From the NCBI GenBank assembly GCA_001820485.1, contig MHPU01000039.1, positions 30,904 to 94,903 of the forward strand: 64,000 bases of DNA, read 5' to 3'. Of the stretch, positions 47,316 through 57,018 are shown one piece after another. This DNA comes from Candidatus Staskawiczbacteria bacterium RIFOXYD1_FULL_32_13. GTDB taxonomy: Bacteria > Patescibacteriota > Minisyncoccia > Minisyncoccales > Staskawiczbacteraceae. Numbering within the stretch: the first letter of the stretch is position 1; every line of letters begins with the position of its first letter. The notes below the pieces were generated by a model. That model was not told the origin of the DNA, searched no databases, and was given only the letters and a program-made list of their open reading frames with translations. The translations under genes and the position numbers were made by a program.

Positions 47316-49049
47316 ATGCAAAGCGAAACAAAAACACATTCGACAAGCTCAGTGCAAGCTTGTCAAAATTGCAAAAATGACTTTACCATAGAGCCTGATG
47401 ATTTTGTATTTTATGAAAAAATGAAAGTCCCAGCTCCTACTTTTTGTCCGGAGTGTAGGATTATAAGAAGAATGACTTGGAGAAATGAGCGCACACTTTA
47501 TCATAGAAAGTGCGATGCCACTGGAAAAAATATTATTACAATGTTTGCTCCAGAACAGCCGGTTGTTGTTTATGAAAGGGATTATTGGTGGAGTGATTCT
47601 TGGGATCAGCTAGCTTCAGGTCAAGATTATGATTTTTCAAAACCATTTTTTCAGCAATTCCGCGAGCTTTTTGAAAAAGCTCCACTTTCTAATCTTGCTA
47701 ATACTAATATTGTAAATTCTGATTACTCAAATCATAGTTTGAATCTGAAAAATTGTTATCTTTTTTATGCTGGCATGAGATGCGAAGATATGTTATATTC
47801 TACTGGAGCTATGGATTGTAAAAATTCTATTGATCTATATAATGTGGGAAATTTAATACAATGTTACGACGATACTTTGTGTGGAGATCTAAATCGCGTT
47901 TCTTTTTCATATGATAGCGACGAAAGCGTAAATTGTGCATTTTTACATGCGTGCAAAAATATGATGGATTCTTTGGGATGTATAAATTTGCGTAATAAAT
48001 CAAATTGCATTTTTAATCAGCAATATACCAAAGAAGAATATGCAAAAGAACGCGCCAAATACGATTTTGGTAGTTATAAAAATCTTGAGGGATTTAAGAA
48101 AAAATTTGTAGAGTTTAAAAAGCAATATCCGCGACGCCATGGTTTTATTCATAAATGTGCAAATACAATTGGAGACAATATCATAAATTGCAAAAATATT
48201 TATATGGGCTTTGATATTTTTGGAGATGCTCAAGACAGTAAGTACGTTATTCATGGCGCAGAATTTAATAATATTTATGATGGATATGGAATTGGTGCAA
48301 CTCATAGTAACTCCTATGAAATTGTAGACACGGGCGATAATGCCACACTTAATCGGTTTGCTGTTTTTACTCATTCATGTCTAGACACACATTATACTTA
48401 CGCCTGTAAAAATTCCCAAAACTTATTTGGTTGTGTGGGGCTTCGCAGTAAAAGATATTGCATTTTAAATAAACAATATACCAAAGAAGAATATGAGACT
48501 CTGGTGCCAAAAATTATTAATCATATGAATGAAATGCCCTATATTGATGCAAAAGGTAGAGTTTATAAGTATGGCGAGTTTTTCCCAACAGAACTTTCAC
48601 CTTTTGCTTACAATGAAACTATTGCTCAAGAATATTACTCAAAAACTAAGGAAGATGTTTTAGAATCTGGTTTTAGGTGGAGAGAGCCAGAAACAAAAAA
48701 CTATAACATAACCTTAAAACCGCAAGATTTACCAGATCACATAAAGGACGTAACAGATGATATTTTAAATCAAGTAATAGCTTGTGAGCATGAAGGTAAA
48801 TGTAATCACCAATGTATGGGAGCTTTCAAAATTATTGCTTCTGAACTTGCATTTTACCGTGCAATGAATTTGGCTTTGCCAAGGTTGTGTTCTAATTGTA
48901 GGCACTATGCCAGGCTAGCTCAGCGCACGCCGTTTAAGTTGTGGGATAGAAATTGCGCAAAATGTGGAAAAGAAATTAAAACTTCTTATGCACCAGAAAG
49001 GCTAGAAATTATATATTGTGAAAGTTGTTATAATAATGAAGTAGCGTAA
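47316..49049 (+). CDS. Cys-rich protein, array paralog 1
   Basis: CQNC..FTIE.DD..FYEK..VP.PTFCPECR N-terminus; NLFGC.GL...YCILNKQY; C-terminal CxxC-x17-CxxC. Confidence 0.9.
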   Translation: MQSETKTHSTSSVQACQNCKNDFTIEPDDFVFYEKMKVPAPTFCPECRIIRRMTWRNERTLYHRKCDATGKNIITMFAPEQPVVVYERDYWWSDSWDQLASGQDYDFSKPFFQQFRELFEKAPLSNLANTNIVNSDYSNHSLNLKNCYLFYAGMRCEDMLYSTGAMDCKNSIDLYNVGNLIQCYDDTLCGDLNRVSFSYDSDESVNCAFLHACKNMMDSLGCINLRNKSNCIFNQQYTKEEYAKERAKYDFGSYKNLEGFKKKFVEFKKQYPRRHGFIHKCANTIGDNIINCKNIYMGFDIFGDAQDSKYVIHGAEFNNIYDGYGIGATHSNSYEIVDTGDNATLNRFAVFTHSCLDTHYTYACKNSQNLFGCVGLRSKRYCILNKQYTKEEYETLVPKIINHMNEMPYIDAKGRVYKYGEFFPTELSPFAYNETIAQEYYSKTKEDVLESGFRWREPETKNYNITLKPQDLPDHIKDVTDDILNQVIACEHEGKCNHQCMGAFKIIASELAFYRAMNLALPRLCSNCRHYARLAQRTPFKLWDRNCAKCGKEIKTSYAPERLEIIYCESCYNNEVA

Positions 49050-49061
49050 AAATAAAAAAAT

Positions 49062-51563
49062 ATGGCAAAAGATATAACTTATATCGCTCAAACAAATTTT
49101 AGAGGAGCTAATCAGAAATTTGGAATTAGAAGAACTGACAGACGTCAGCATATGTATGTGATTGGAAAAACTGGAACTGGTAAAACTCAATTTCTAAAAA
49201 ATATGGCTTTGCAAGATGTAGAAAATGGCGAAGGTCTTGCAGTTATAGATCCTCATGGGGAATTTGTTGAAGAAATTTTAGAAAGCATTCCAAGACACAG
49301 AATGAAAGATGTGGTTTATTTTAATCCTGCAGATATGGATTATCCGGTAAGTTTTAATATTATGGATGTGCAAGACCCAAGATATAAGCATTTGATTGCT
49401 TCTGGTTTAATCGGTATTTTCACTAAGATTTGGGCAAATGTTTGGTCAGCTCGTATGGAATATATTTTAGCAAATAGTATCTTAGCTTTATTAGATACCC
49501 CAGGAACCACTCTTTTGGGTATACCAAGAATGCTGGTAGATAGAGATTATAGACAGAAAATTATAAATAATTTACAAGATCCAGTTGTAAAATCATTTTG
49601 GATTAATGAATACGAAGAATGGGAATCAAGGTACAGAAATGAAGCCATAGCTCCTGTGCAAAACAAAGTGGGGCAGTTTTTAAATGTTTCTTTTGTAAGA
49701 AATATTGTAGGGCAAGCAAAAAATACCATAGATATTGAAGATATAATGAACAACGGAAAAATTTTATTAGTTAATGTTTCAAAAGGAAGAATTGGAGAAG
49801 ATAACTCAGCAATTTTAGGAGCAATGATTATAACAAAAATACAATTATCAGCTATGGAACGTGTAAGAATTCCTGAAGGCGATAGAAGAGATTTTTATTT
49901 GTATGTTGATGAATTCCAGAATTTTGCTACTGATTCATTTCGTAATATTTTGTCTGAGGCTAGAAAATATAGGTTAAATTTAATTATGGCGCATCAATAT
50001 ATTGGCCAATTAGTTACAGACAAAAATACTGCTGTAAGAGATGCTGTTTTTGGAAACGTGGGGACAGAGGTTTCTTTTAGAGTCGGAGCTGAAGATGCTG
50101 AATTTTTAGAAAAGGAATTTACTCCAGAATTTTTACAGGATGATTTTGTGCGCTTAGCAAATCGAGATACTTATATAAAACTTATGATAGGAGGTATCAC
50201 TTCAAGGCCATTTTCTGCTAAAACTATTACTATACCTGCAATTCCTAAAGACGACATAAAGCGAAATGAATTGATTAATCTTACAAGAGAAAAATATGCT
50301 CGTACTAAGCAAGCAGTTGAAGATGAAATTAACCGCTGGGCTGCTAACTTGGATGTTTTAAGCAAAGGTGCTGTACCTGTTTCGTGGCAAAATAATCAAA
50401 AGCAAGTGCAAGGTCATAAACAACAAGATGGAACAATGCTTTATGATGCTGTATGTTCTAGTTGTGGTAAAAAAACGAAAGTTGTTTTTGAACCTACTTC
50501 AGGTAAACCTGTTTATTGTAAAACCTGTTTTAAGAATAAGAAACCCGACAAAAGCCAAAGGCATTTTGACGAGCCCGCCACAATTCCCCAACAAAAGCAA
50601 GAGCATTTTGATGGGGATTTAGGCAGGGATGAGTCAGATAGCGCTTTGGCAAGTTTAGGGATAGAGTTTGGTTCATCAAAAATAGTAAAAAAAGTGGAGC
50701 AAAGTCGACCCCAGCAAAAACCCTTCGACTCTGCTCAGGGCAAGCCTCAGCAAATTAGTAATCAAAATAAAGTTTCAAATATAGAAAATAAATTATCAGC
50801 AAAGCCTCAGGTTCGAGAATCAGCTAAAGTTGAAAATATTGATTTTGCTCATCAAAAATATAATACAGAAAGGGATAATGGTTATAGACCGATGCAAAAT
50901 AATACAAAAAGAGAAATAAATTTGGCAGAATTGAGAAAAGTGCTTGCAGAATCCTTGGAAAAAGAGGAGAAAACCGACAAAAGCCCTAAAGGGTATTTTG
51001 ACGAGTCCGCCACAATGCCAGCTGAGCGGGCTTTAGGCGGGGAAGAAAAAATAAAGCAAGAAAATAAGATTGAGAAAACAGAAACACCACCACAACCTGA
51101 AGTTATTTTGCCTGTCATTACTGCGGAAGCAGGAATCCAGAGTGAAGTTAAAAAATCCTGGATTTCCAATCGGGCTGAGAATGATACTGAAAATAAAGAA
51201 GTAAAAGAAGTAAATATAAAAGAAGAAGAAAAAAAATCAGAGGTACAAGAAGTCAAACTTTTAGAAAACCCATTAGAATTAAAACCTGAGTTACAACCAC
51301 AGAAGCAGAAAGTTGTTGTACCCGTCATTCTCGCAAAAGTAGAAATTCAGAGTGAAATTCAAAAACCTTTAATTCTTGATCAAGTTGGGAATGACAATAG
51401 AGAAGAAAAAAAGACTGAAAGTTCTGATGACGAGCTTCAAAAAAGAATTGCATTGGAAAAAATGGCAGATGAGGCAATGAATATGATGGCAATTGGAAAT
51501 GATGATGATAAGAAACAATCAAAAAAAGGAGTAATAAATCCTGGTGAAACAATAAAGTTTTAA
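49062..51563 (+). CDS. TrwB/TraD/HerA-like P-loop ATPase with CxxC-x17-CxxC domain and low-complexity tail
   Basis: HMYVIGKTGTGKT, IDPHGE, LYVDEFQNF, SEARKY, AHQY; CSSC-x17-CKTC. Confidence 0.88.
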   Translation: MAKDITYIAQTNFRGANQKFGIRRTDRRQHMYVIGKTGTGKTQFLKNMALQDVENGEGLAVIDPHGEFVEEILESIPRHRMKDVVYFNPADMDYPVSFNIMDVQDPRYKHLIASGLIGIFTKIWANVWSARMEYILANSILALLDTPGTTLLGIPRMLVDRDYRQKIINNLQDPVVKSFWINEYEEWESRYRNEAIAPVQNKVGQFLNVSFVRNIVGQAKNTIDIEDIMNNGKILLVNVSKGRIGEDNSAILGAMIITKIQLSAMERVRIPEGDRRDFYLYVDEFQNFATDSFRNILSEARKYRLNLIMAHQYIGQLVTDKNTAVRDAVFGNVGTEVSFRVGAEDAEFLEKEFTPEFLQDDFVRLANRDTYIKLMIGGITSRPFSAKTITIPAIPKDDIKRNELINLTREKYARTKQAVEDEINRWAANLDVLSKGAVPVSWQNNQKQVQGHKQQDGTMLYDAVCSSCGKKTKVVFEPTSGKPVYCKTCFKNKKPDKSQRHFDEPATIPQQKQEHFDGDLGRDESDSALASLGIEFGSSKIVKKVEQSRPQQKPFDSAQGKPQQISNQNKVSNIENKLSAKPQVRESAKVENIDFAHQKYNTERDNGYRPMQNNTKREINLAELRKVLAESLEKEEKTDKSPKGYFDESATMPAERALGGEEKIKQENKIEKTETPPQPEVILPVITAEAGIQSEVKKSWISNRAENDTENKEVKEVNIKEEEKKSEVQEVKLLENPLELKPELQPQKQKVVVPVILAKVEIQSEIQKPLILDQVGNDNREEKKTESSDDELQKRIALEKMADEAMNMMAIGNDDDKKQSKKGVINPGETIKF

Positions 51564-51588
51564 AAAGTTAAGGGTTGGCATATTTAAC

Positions 51589-51672
51589 GTCATTGTGAGG
51601 AGGTTTACAAACCGACGAAGCAATCTCAACGACTAGATTGCCACGCTCGCTTGTGGGCTCGCTCGCAATGAC
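51589..51672. repeat. Family-B palindrome, intergenic
   Basis: GTCATTGTGAG...GCAATCT..AGATTGC...CTCGCAATGAC. Confidence 0.85.
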
Positions 51673-51682
51673 AATGATAACG

Positions 51683-51988
51683 ATGATTTTTATTTATGTG
51701 CCGTGTCAAAATTTAAATACAGCCAAAATTATTGCTAAGCTTTTAGTTGAGAAAAGGCTAGCAGGTAAAGTGGATATTATGTCCACGGATTCGTTTACTT
51801 GTGGGAACGATGGAGTGTCCGAGATTTCCGGGGCAACCTTGATTATTATGACTATAGATAAACATGTTCAAGCTATAGAGGACATTGTTAGAGAATATTA
51901 TCAAGATGGTATTCCTTGTATGGCTACAATTTCACTTTATCGTTTAAATAGGGATTTTAAAGATTGGTTAATAGGAGCTACAAGTTAG
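51683..51988 (+). CDS. Divergent CutA-like protein
   Basis: IYVPC....A..IAKLLVEKRLA; Y...IPC; N.DF.DW; start ATG 51683. Confidence 0.7.
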   Translation: MIFIYVPCQNLNTAKIIAKLLVEKRLAGKVDIMSTDSFTCGNDGVSEISGATLIIMTIDKHVQAIEDIVREYYQDGIPCMATISLYRLNRDFKDWLIGATS

Positions 51989-52047
51989 AGTTGTTGAAAT
52001 TACTAAAAAAATTTATGATTATAAATAAAAATTATTTGTTCTATTGC

Positions 52048-52067
52048 AGGTTGTCATATGACAACCT
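52048..52067. promoter_or_regulatory. Perfect 20-bp palindrome (operator-like)
   Basis: AGGTTGTCATATGACAACCT; second copy at 52271. Confidence 0.7.
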
Positions 52068-52075
52068 AATAAATT

Positions 52076-52264
52076 ATGAATCAAATCGTAAAGAGAGATT
52101 TTTATACAACAAGTGAATTAGCTGTTGTGCTAGGAATCAGCAAACAATCTGTGTTAAAAAGAATGCACAATGGTTCGATTAAGGCAATAAAAATGGGGCG
52201 TGATTTTATAATTTTTAAGAAGCATATTAATCTAGAAAAATTGAAATCTATAATCAAACATTAA
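52076..52264 (+). CDS. Excisionase-like HTH (HTH_17 type) protein
   Basis: FYTTSELA.VLGISKQSVLKR...G.IKA.KMGR.F.I. Confidence 0.85.
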   Translation: MNQIVKRDFYTTSELAVVLGISKQSVLKRMHNGSIKAIKMGRDFIIFKKHINLEKLKSIIKH

Positions 52265-52270
52265 AATATT

Positions 52271-52290
52271 AGGTTGTCGTATGACAACTT
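52271..52290. promoter_or_regulatory. Second copy of operator-like palindrome
   Basis: AGGTTGTCGTATGACAACTT, extended by AATATT on both sides. Confidence 0.7.
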
Positions 52291-52330
52291 AATATTATCG
52301 GGAAAATAATAAATCTAGGTATAAAAAATT

Positions 52331-54064
52331 ATGGATAGTCAAACAAAAAATTGTCAAAATTGCAAGAAAGACTTTACTATAGAATCCGATGATTTTGCAT
52401 TTTATGAAAAAATGAAAGTCCCTGTGCCAACTTTTTGTTGGAAATGCAGAGCAATTAGAAGAATGTGTTTTCGAAATATGCGACAACTTTATATTAGAAA
52501 CTGTGATGCAACAGGTAAAAAAATATTTACTTTAATGCCTCCGGATAATCCGATGCCGGTTTATGATAATGATTATTGGCGTAGCGATGCTTGGGATCCT
52601 ATGAAATACGAAAAAAATTACGATTTTTCAAATGCGTTCTTTGAGCAAATAAAGGAATTATATAATTCTGTTCCATGGGGAATTATGTGGAGTATGGATA
52701 TGGTTAATTGTGAGTATAGTGGTGGGGTTTCCTTTTCTAAAAATTGTTATATGTGTTTTGATTCTGGATACGATGAAGATTGTATGTATAATGTTACAGT
52801 GCTCTATAGCAAAAAATGCCTTGATAGTATAAATTTAAAAGATTGCGAACTTTGTTATTATTGTATTAATACCAATAAGTCATATAAAACATTATTTTCA
52901 CGAAATTGTACTTCTTGTGTAGATGTATGGTTTAGTCAAGATTGTATCGGATGTACAAATTGTTTTGGGTGCAGTGGCTTAAAAAATAAAAGTTATTATA
53001 TTTTTAACGAAGTTTATGACAAGGCGACATACGAAACGAAAATTGCAGATTTAAAACTTGATAGTTGGTCGGGAATAAAAAGTGCCAAGAATCAGGCAAA
53101 AAATTTTTGGGAAAAATGTTCGGTAAAATTTTATCATGGCACTCAGGTAACAAAAAGTTTTGGAGATTATTTATATAATGGTACGGAATTAAGAAACTGT
53201 TTTTTTGTGGGAAATGCGCAGAATATGAAACACTGTCAAAGTGTAATTTATCCCCCAAATCAAGACAGTATGGATGTTACCTCAAGCGAAGGCACTGAAT
53301 TGGCTTATGAGGTATTTTGTTGTGGCAATGGAGTACGTAGATCGATTGGATTGGCTGAATGCTCTAATGTATATGATGCTTATTATTCAATAAACTGCAG
53401 GCAGTCAAATAATTTATTTGGATGCGTGTCTTTAAAAGGTAAGGAATATTGTATCTTAAATAAACAATATACGAAAGAAAAATATCTGGAAATGATTCCT
53501 AAAATTATAAAGCATATGAATGATATGCCATATATTGACGCGCTTGGAAGGGTTTATAAATACGGAGAATTTTTCCCAACGGACATGAGTTCTTATGGCT
53601 ATAATCAATCGCAGGCATTTGAATATTTTCCGATAAATGAGCAAGAAGCCAAAAAACAAGGATATCGTTGGCATGAGGCCAATGAGAGAAGTTACCAAAT
53701 CACTAAAAAATCAAGTGACTTACCAGAAAAAATAGAAGAAGTAAGTGACGAAATTTTAAAAGAAGTTATTCAATGTGAGCACGATGAATTTAAAAAACAT
53801 AAAGATGGATGTAATTTAGAGTGCACCCGCGCTTTTAAGATAACATTACAGGAATTGCAATTTTATAGGCAGATGGATCTACCTTTACCGAGGCTTTGTT
53901 TTAACTGCAGACATATTGATAGGGTTGCTTGGAGAAATCAACCAAAATTATATAAAAGAAAATGTATGAAACCAGGATGTCAAAATGAATTTGAAACTTC
54001 TTACGCTCCCGACAGACCAGAAATAGTTTATTGCGAAGCTTGCTACAATCAAGAAGTTGCATAA
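52331..54064 (+). CDS. Cys-rich protein, array paralog 2
   Basis: Same termini and core motifs as paralog 1. Confidence 0.9.
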   Translation: MDSQTKNCQNCKKDFTIESDDFAFYEKMKVPVPTFCWKCRAIRRMCFRNMRQLYIRNCDATGKKIFTLMPPDNPMPVYDNDYWRSDAWDPMKYEKNYDFSNAFFEQIKELYNSVPWGIMWSMDMVNCEYSGGVSFSKNCYMCFDSGYDEDCMYNVTVLYSKKCLDSINLKDCELCYYCINTNKSYKTLFSRNCTSCVDVWFSQDCIGCTNCFGCSGLKNKSYYIFNEVYDKATYETKIADLKLDSWSGIKSAKNQAKNFWEKCSVKFYHGTQVTKSFGDYLYNGTELRNCFFVGNAQNMKHCQSVIYPPNQDSMDVTSSEGTELAYEVFCCGNGVRRSIGLAECSNVYDAYYSINCRQSNNLFGCVSLKGKEYCILNKQYTKEKYLEMIPKIIKHMNDMPYIDALGRVYKYGEFFPTDMSSYGYNQSQAFEYFPINEQEAKKQGYRWHEANERSYQITKKSSDLPEKIEEVSDEILKEVIQCEHDEFKKHKDGCNLECTRAFKITLQELQFYRQMDLPLPRLCFNCRHIDRVAWRNQPKLYKRKCMKPGCQNEFETSYAPDRPEIVYCEACYNQEVA

Positions 54065-54107
54065 GAGTAAATGTATAGGTTTAACTGTATATTGTATAGA
54101 TTTATAA
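54053..54107 (+). repeat. 55-bp segment duplicated at 60173-60227
   Basis: gaagttgcataagagtaaatgtataggttt(a/g)actgtatattgtatagatttataa, one mismatch. Confidence 0.9.
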
Positions 54108-54126
54108 TTTGTGATATAATATAAAT

Positions 54127-54855
54127 ATGATAGAAAATAATGAAGAATTATTAACTATTGGAGAAACAGCAGAATTATTGGGCGTTTCAATTATGACTTT
54201 AAGACGCTGGGATGAAAGTGGTCGGCTGATTTCTGTTAGAAAAAAAGAAGGTGGAAATAGGTATTACAGAAAATCAGATGTTGATATTTTTTTAAGTGAT
54301 TTGTTTAAAATTGCCAAAGAATGGGTTTTGAAAGAAAGTGATTTGCCAGAAAGTTTTTATTGTCAAAATAGCGCTGTTTTTCAAGCACGACTTGCAAAAA
54401 TGGAAAATTTGATGATTGCAAATAGAATGACAGAAGACTTTGCTTCTCGTATTGTTTCAATCGCCGGTGAAATTGGGAATAACTCATTTGACCATAATTT
54501 AGCTCAATGGCCCGATGTCCCTGGAATTTTCTTTGCTTTTGATTTAAATAAAAAACAACTTGTTTTAGCTGACAGGGGATTGGGAGTTTTTAAAACCTTA
54601 AAAAGAGTAAAGCCAGAAATTGAAAATGACAAGCAGGCTTTAGAAGTGGCATTCACTGAAATTATTTCTGGCAGGGCTCCAGAAGAAAGGGGTAATGGTT
54701 TAAAATATGTAAAATTCATTATTTCTAAAAATAATATAAATTTATTTTTTCAAACAGGAGGTGCAATATTAAATTTAAATGCCAATAGTTCTAGCTTGAA
54801 AATATCAGAGGCAAAAGATAATTTTCACGGATGTTTGGTTTTAATAAAATGGTAA
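54127..54855 (+). CDS. MerR-type HTH fused to GHKL/HATPase-like domain
   Basis: LTIGETAELLGVS..TLRRWD..G; EIGNNSFDH, ADRGLG, RGNGL. Confidence 0.85.
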   Translation: MIENNEELLTIGETAELLGVSIMTLRRWDESGRLISVRKKEGGNRYYRKSDVDIFLSDLFKIAKEWVLKESDLPESFYCQNSAVFQARLAKMENLMIANRMTEDFASRIVSIAGEIGNNSFDHNLAQWPDVPGIFFAFDLNKKQLVLADRGLGVFKTLKRVKPEIENDKQALEVAFTEIISGRAPEERGNGLKYVKFIISKNNINLFFQTGGAILNLNANSSSLKISEAKDNFHGCLVLIKW

Positions 54856-55136
54856 TTGAATTAAAAAAAATTGGAACAACTTTAATTTCACGTCAAACCG
54901 GTAAAGAGGCTTTTTTAGCAATACAACCAATTCTTCAAAATTTGAAAAGTGATGAAAAGGTAGAAATTGATTTTGAAGGTGTGATGACTTTTTCTCCATC
55001 ATGGGGGGCGGAATTTTTAATGCCACTTTTTAAAAAGTATGGACAAAATTTAATTTTAAAAAACACTCATAATGGTTCAGTACAATCAACATTGGAATTT
55101 CTAGAACAAATTGAAAATATAAAATTTAAAAAATAA
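54849..55136 (+). CDS. STAS-like (DUF4325-type) protein, copy 1
   Basis: LISRQTGKEA, IDFEGV..FSPSW.AEF; overlaps stop of HATPase gene. Confidence 0.82.
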   Translation: MVIELKKIGTTLISRQTGKEAFLAIQPILQNLKSDEKVEIDFEGVMTFSPSWGAEFLMPLFKKYGQNLILKNTHNGSVQSTLEFLEQIENIKFKK

Positions 55137-55184
55137 AGTGTTAATTGTTACATATCAGGTTAATGAGCATTAACTTAAAATTTT

Positions 55185-56918
55185 ATGAATTCAGAAATTA
55201 AAAACTGCCAAAATTGTAAGCAAGAATTCACAATTGAATCTGAGGATTTTGATTTTTATGAAAAAGTGAAAGTCCCTGCGCCAACTTTTTGCCCCGAATG
55301 TAGAATGCAAAGAAGAATGATTTTTATGAATGAAAGAGCATTATATAAGCGTCAATGTGATTTATGCCATAAAGATGTTATTTCAGTATTTCCTGCAAAC
55401 GCAACCCATCCGGTTTATTGTACTCCTTGTTGGTGGTCTGATAATTGGAACCCATTAATTTATGGCAAGGATTACGATTTTTCTAAATCTTTTTTCCAGC
55501 AGTTTAAAGAACTAATGTCGGTTTTTCCGTGGCCGGCGCTTGATACTATTGAGCCATCAATGGTAAATAGTCCTTATTGTAGTATTAGTTCTTACCTTAA
55601 AAACTGTTATTTTTTTCATAATTCAGATTACAGTGAAAATTCTGCTTATGGGGCTTTTACAGAGCGCGCAAAAGATTCATATGACCTTTTTACAATTGAT
55701 GGTTGTGAGCAATGTTATGAGGGTGTAAATCTTGTAAACTGTAACTGTGCATTGTTTTCTATGAATTGTGAAAATTGTCACAATGTTTCTTTTTCAAGAG
55801 ATCTTACAGGTTGCTCTTATTGTTTTGGATGCATTAATTTGCGAAACAAAAACTATTATATTTTTAATGAACCGTATAGTAAAGAAGAATATTTTTCAAA
55901 ATTAAAAACATTTGATGCTGGTTCGTATAAAGCAGTTCAGGGTGTTAAAGAAAATGCAAAATCATTGTTTTTAAAATCTCCAAGGCGCTTTGCTCACTCG
56001 CGTAGAAACTCAAAAACAACTGGAGAATATGTTAATCAATCCAAGAATACTCAATTTGCTTATCAAGTTATTGGCGCTGAAGATTCAAAGTATGTGCATT
56101 TTCTAATTATTGCCCCAACAAAAGATAGTTATGATCTTACAATGTGGGGTGGAAATGCCAATCGACTCTATGAATGCATGGGGTGTGGTGGAGGTCAGGA
56201 TGATGTAAAATTTTCTTATGGTTGTTGGTCTGATGCAACAATGAATCTTGAATATTGTATGGTTGTAAAAGTGCCATGTACAAATCTTTTTGGATGTATT
56301 GGCTTAAGAAGAAAATCTTATTGTATACTTAACAAGCAATATACAAAAGAGGAATATAATTTATTGTGCGACAAAATAATTAAACACATGAATGATGCAC
56401 CTTTTATTGATAAGCTAGGAAAAGTTTATAAGTATGGTGAATTTTTTCCTGCAGAACTTGGTCAGTTTGCGTACAATGAAAGTGTTGCTCAACAATTTTT
56501 TCCTTTAGATAAGCAAGAAGCTATAAAGCAGGGCTATAATTGGAAAGACTCTGAAGAAAGAAATTATAAAATAGATTTAAAATCGCAAAATTTGCCAGAC
56601 CACATAAAAGATGTTTCAGATGACATAGCGGGTAAAGTTATTGAGTGTGCTCATAAAGGGGAGTGTAATGAGCAATGCACAACTGCTTATAAAATTATTC
56701 CACAAGAACTGCAATTTTATAAAAAAATGGATTTACCTTTGCCTAGATTGTGCCCAAACTGTAGACATTATCAAAGACTGGCTCAAAGAAATCCAATTAA
56801 ACTTTGGCATAGGCAGTGCATGAATGTGGGGTGTAAAAATGAATTTGAAACAAGCTATGCTCCAGATAGGCCAGAGATTATTTACTGTGAAACATGCTAT
56901 AACAACGAAGTGGCATAA
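55185..56918 (+). CDS. Cys-rich protein, array paralog 3
   Basis: Same termini and core motifs. Confidence 0.9.
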   Translation: MNSEIKNCQNCKQEFTIESEDFDFYEKVKVPAPTFCPECRMQRRMIFMNERALYKRQCDLCHKDVISVFPANATHPVYCTPCWWSDNWNPLIYGKDYDFSKSFFQQFKELMSVFPWPALDTIEPSMVNSPYCSISSYLKNCYFFHNSDYSENSAYGAFTERAKDSYDLFTIDGCEQCYEGVNLVNCNCALFSMNCENCHNVSFSRDLTGCSYCFGCINLRNKNYYIFNEPYSKEEYFSKLKTFDAGSYKAVQGVKENAKSLFLKSPRRFAHSRRNSKTTGEYVNQSKNTQFAYQVIGAEDSKYVHFLIIAPTKDSYDLTMWGGNANRLYECMGCGGGQDDVKFSYGCWSDATMNLEYCMVVKVPCTNLFGCIGLRRKSYCILNKQYTKEEYNLLCDKIIKHMNDAPFIDKLGKVYKYGEFFPAELGQFAYNESVAQQFFPLDKQEAIKQGYNWKDSEERNYKIDLKSQNLPDHIKDVSDDIAGKVIECAHKGECNEQCTTAYKIIPQELQFYKKMDLPLPRLCPNCRHYQRLAQRNPIKLWHRQCMNVGCKNEFETSYAPDRPEIIYCETCYNNEVA

Positions 56919-56967
56919 AGGCATAAAATGTGGACTTTTGGGCTATAATGTGGTATTATAATCGTAT

Positions 56968-56989
56968 ATTATGTTAAAAATAACATAAT
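56968..56989. promoter_or_regulatory. Inverted repeat upstream of AbiE pair (probable operator)
   Basis: ATTATGTTA-AAAA-TAACATAAT. Confidence 0.55.
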
Positions 56990-57018
56990 TTAAGAATATA
57001 CTTAATAAATACAAGATT

